DNA from: a virus
Strand: one strand, 5' to 3'
DNA length: 64,000 nucleotides
Virus record (IMG/VR): IMGVR_UViG_3300045988_122441
Shown: positions 63,950-64,000 of the stretch, piece after piece
Position numbering within the stretch: the stretch's first letter is position 1
Layout of the letters: each line of letters starts with the position of its first letter
Translations under genes and position numbers: made by a program
The notes under the pieces: model-generated
What the model was told of the DNA's origin: nothing
What the model saw: only the letters and a program-made list of their open reading frames with translations
Database searches by the model: none

Positions 63950-64000
63950 AACCACAACAAGCCGACGATCTTTTCGTCGGTATGCTTACCTATGCTCGGC
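63950..64000 (+). repeat. 51-bp element, copy 2 (runs into the window edge)
   Basis: Identical to 63108-63158. Again starts at the stop codon of the preceding gene. Confidence 0.85.

Noticed and set aside
1-64000. Prophage-host junctions or host genes within the window
   Set aside because: Every recognisable gene is phage-like, and no direct repeats resembling attL/attR pairs around the whole block were seen. The tRNA-Tyr is flanked by phage genes on both sides.

Overview
The whole 64-kb window reads as the genome of a large temperate tailed phage (siphovirus-like) infecting an anaerobic, low-GC Firmicute. I see no clear host genes. Layout: (i) 1-7080, plus strand, holds a nucleotide-metabolism and auxiliary cluster (ClpP-like protease, PhoH, NrdD/NrdG, PTH2-like hydrolase, dUTPase) followed by an excisionase-like HTH gene and a tyrosine integrase with repeated TTGCGTAAA sites. 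(ii) 7590-56094, minus strand, is one long array: P-loop ATPase, YonO-like two-barrel RNA polymerase, metallophosphoesterase, tRNA-Tyr, a second tyrosine recombinase, HU-like protein, terminase, portal, capsid, connectors, tail tube, split tape measure gene, Dit, a 2149-aa tail protein, tail fibre, a complete diversity-generating retroelement (DGR), and the holin/endolysin genes. (iii) 56835-64000, plus strand, holds a sigma-like regulator and small early genes. Notable non-standard elements: a canonical DGR (target-avd-TR-RT) whose template also matches a second variable repeat about 46 kb away. A group I intron core interrupts the tape measure gene and carries an antisense zinc-ribbon ORF. 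A textbook hammerhead ribozyme lies in an intergenic spacer. An ORF-poor, hairpin-dense region of about 0.8 kb is preceded by three perfect 59-bp tandem repeats. A 23-nt motif occurs six times upstream of minus-strand genes. All homology calls come from motif recognition by eye; no database search was run.
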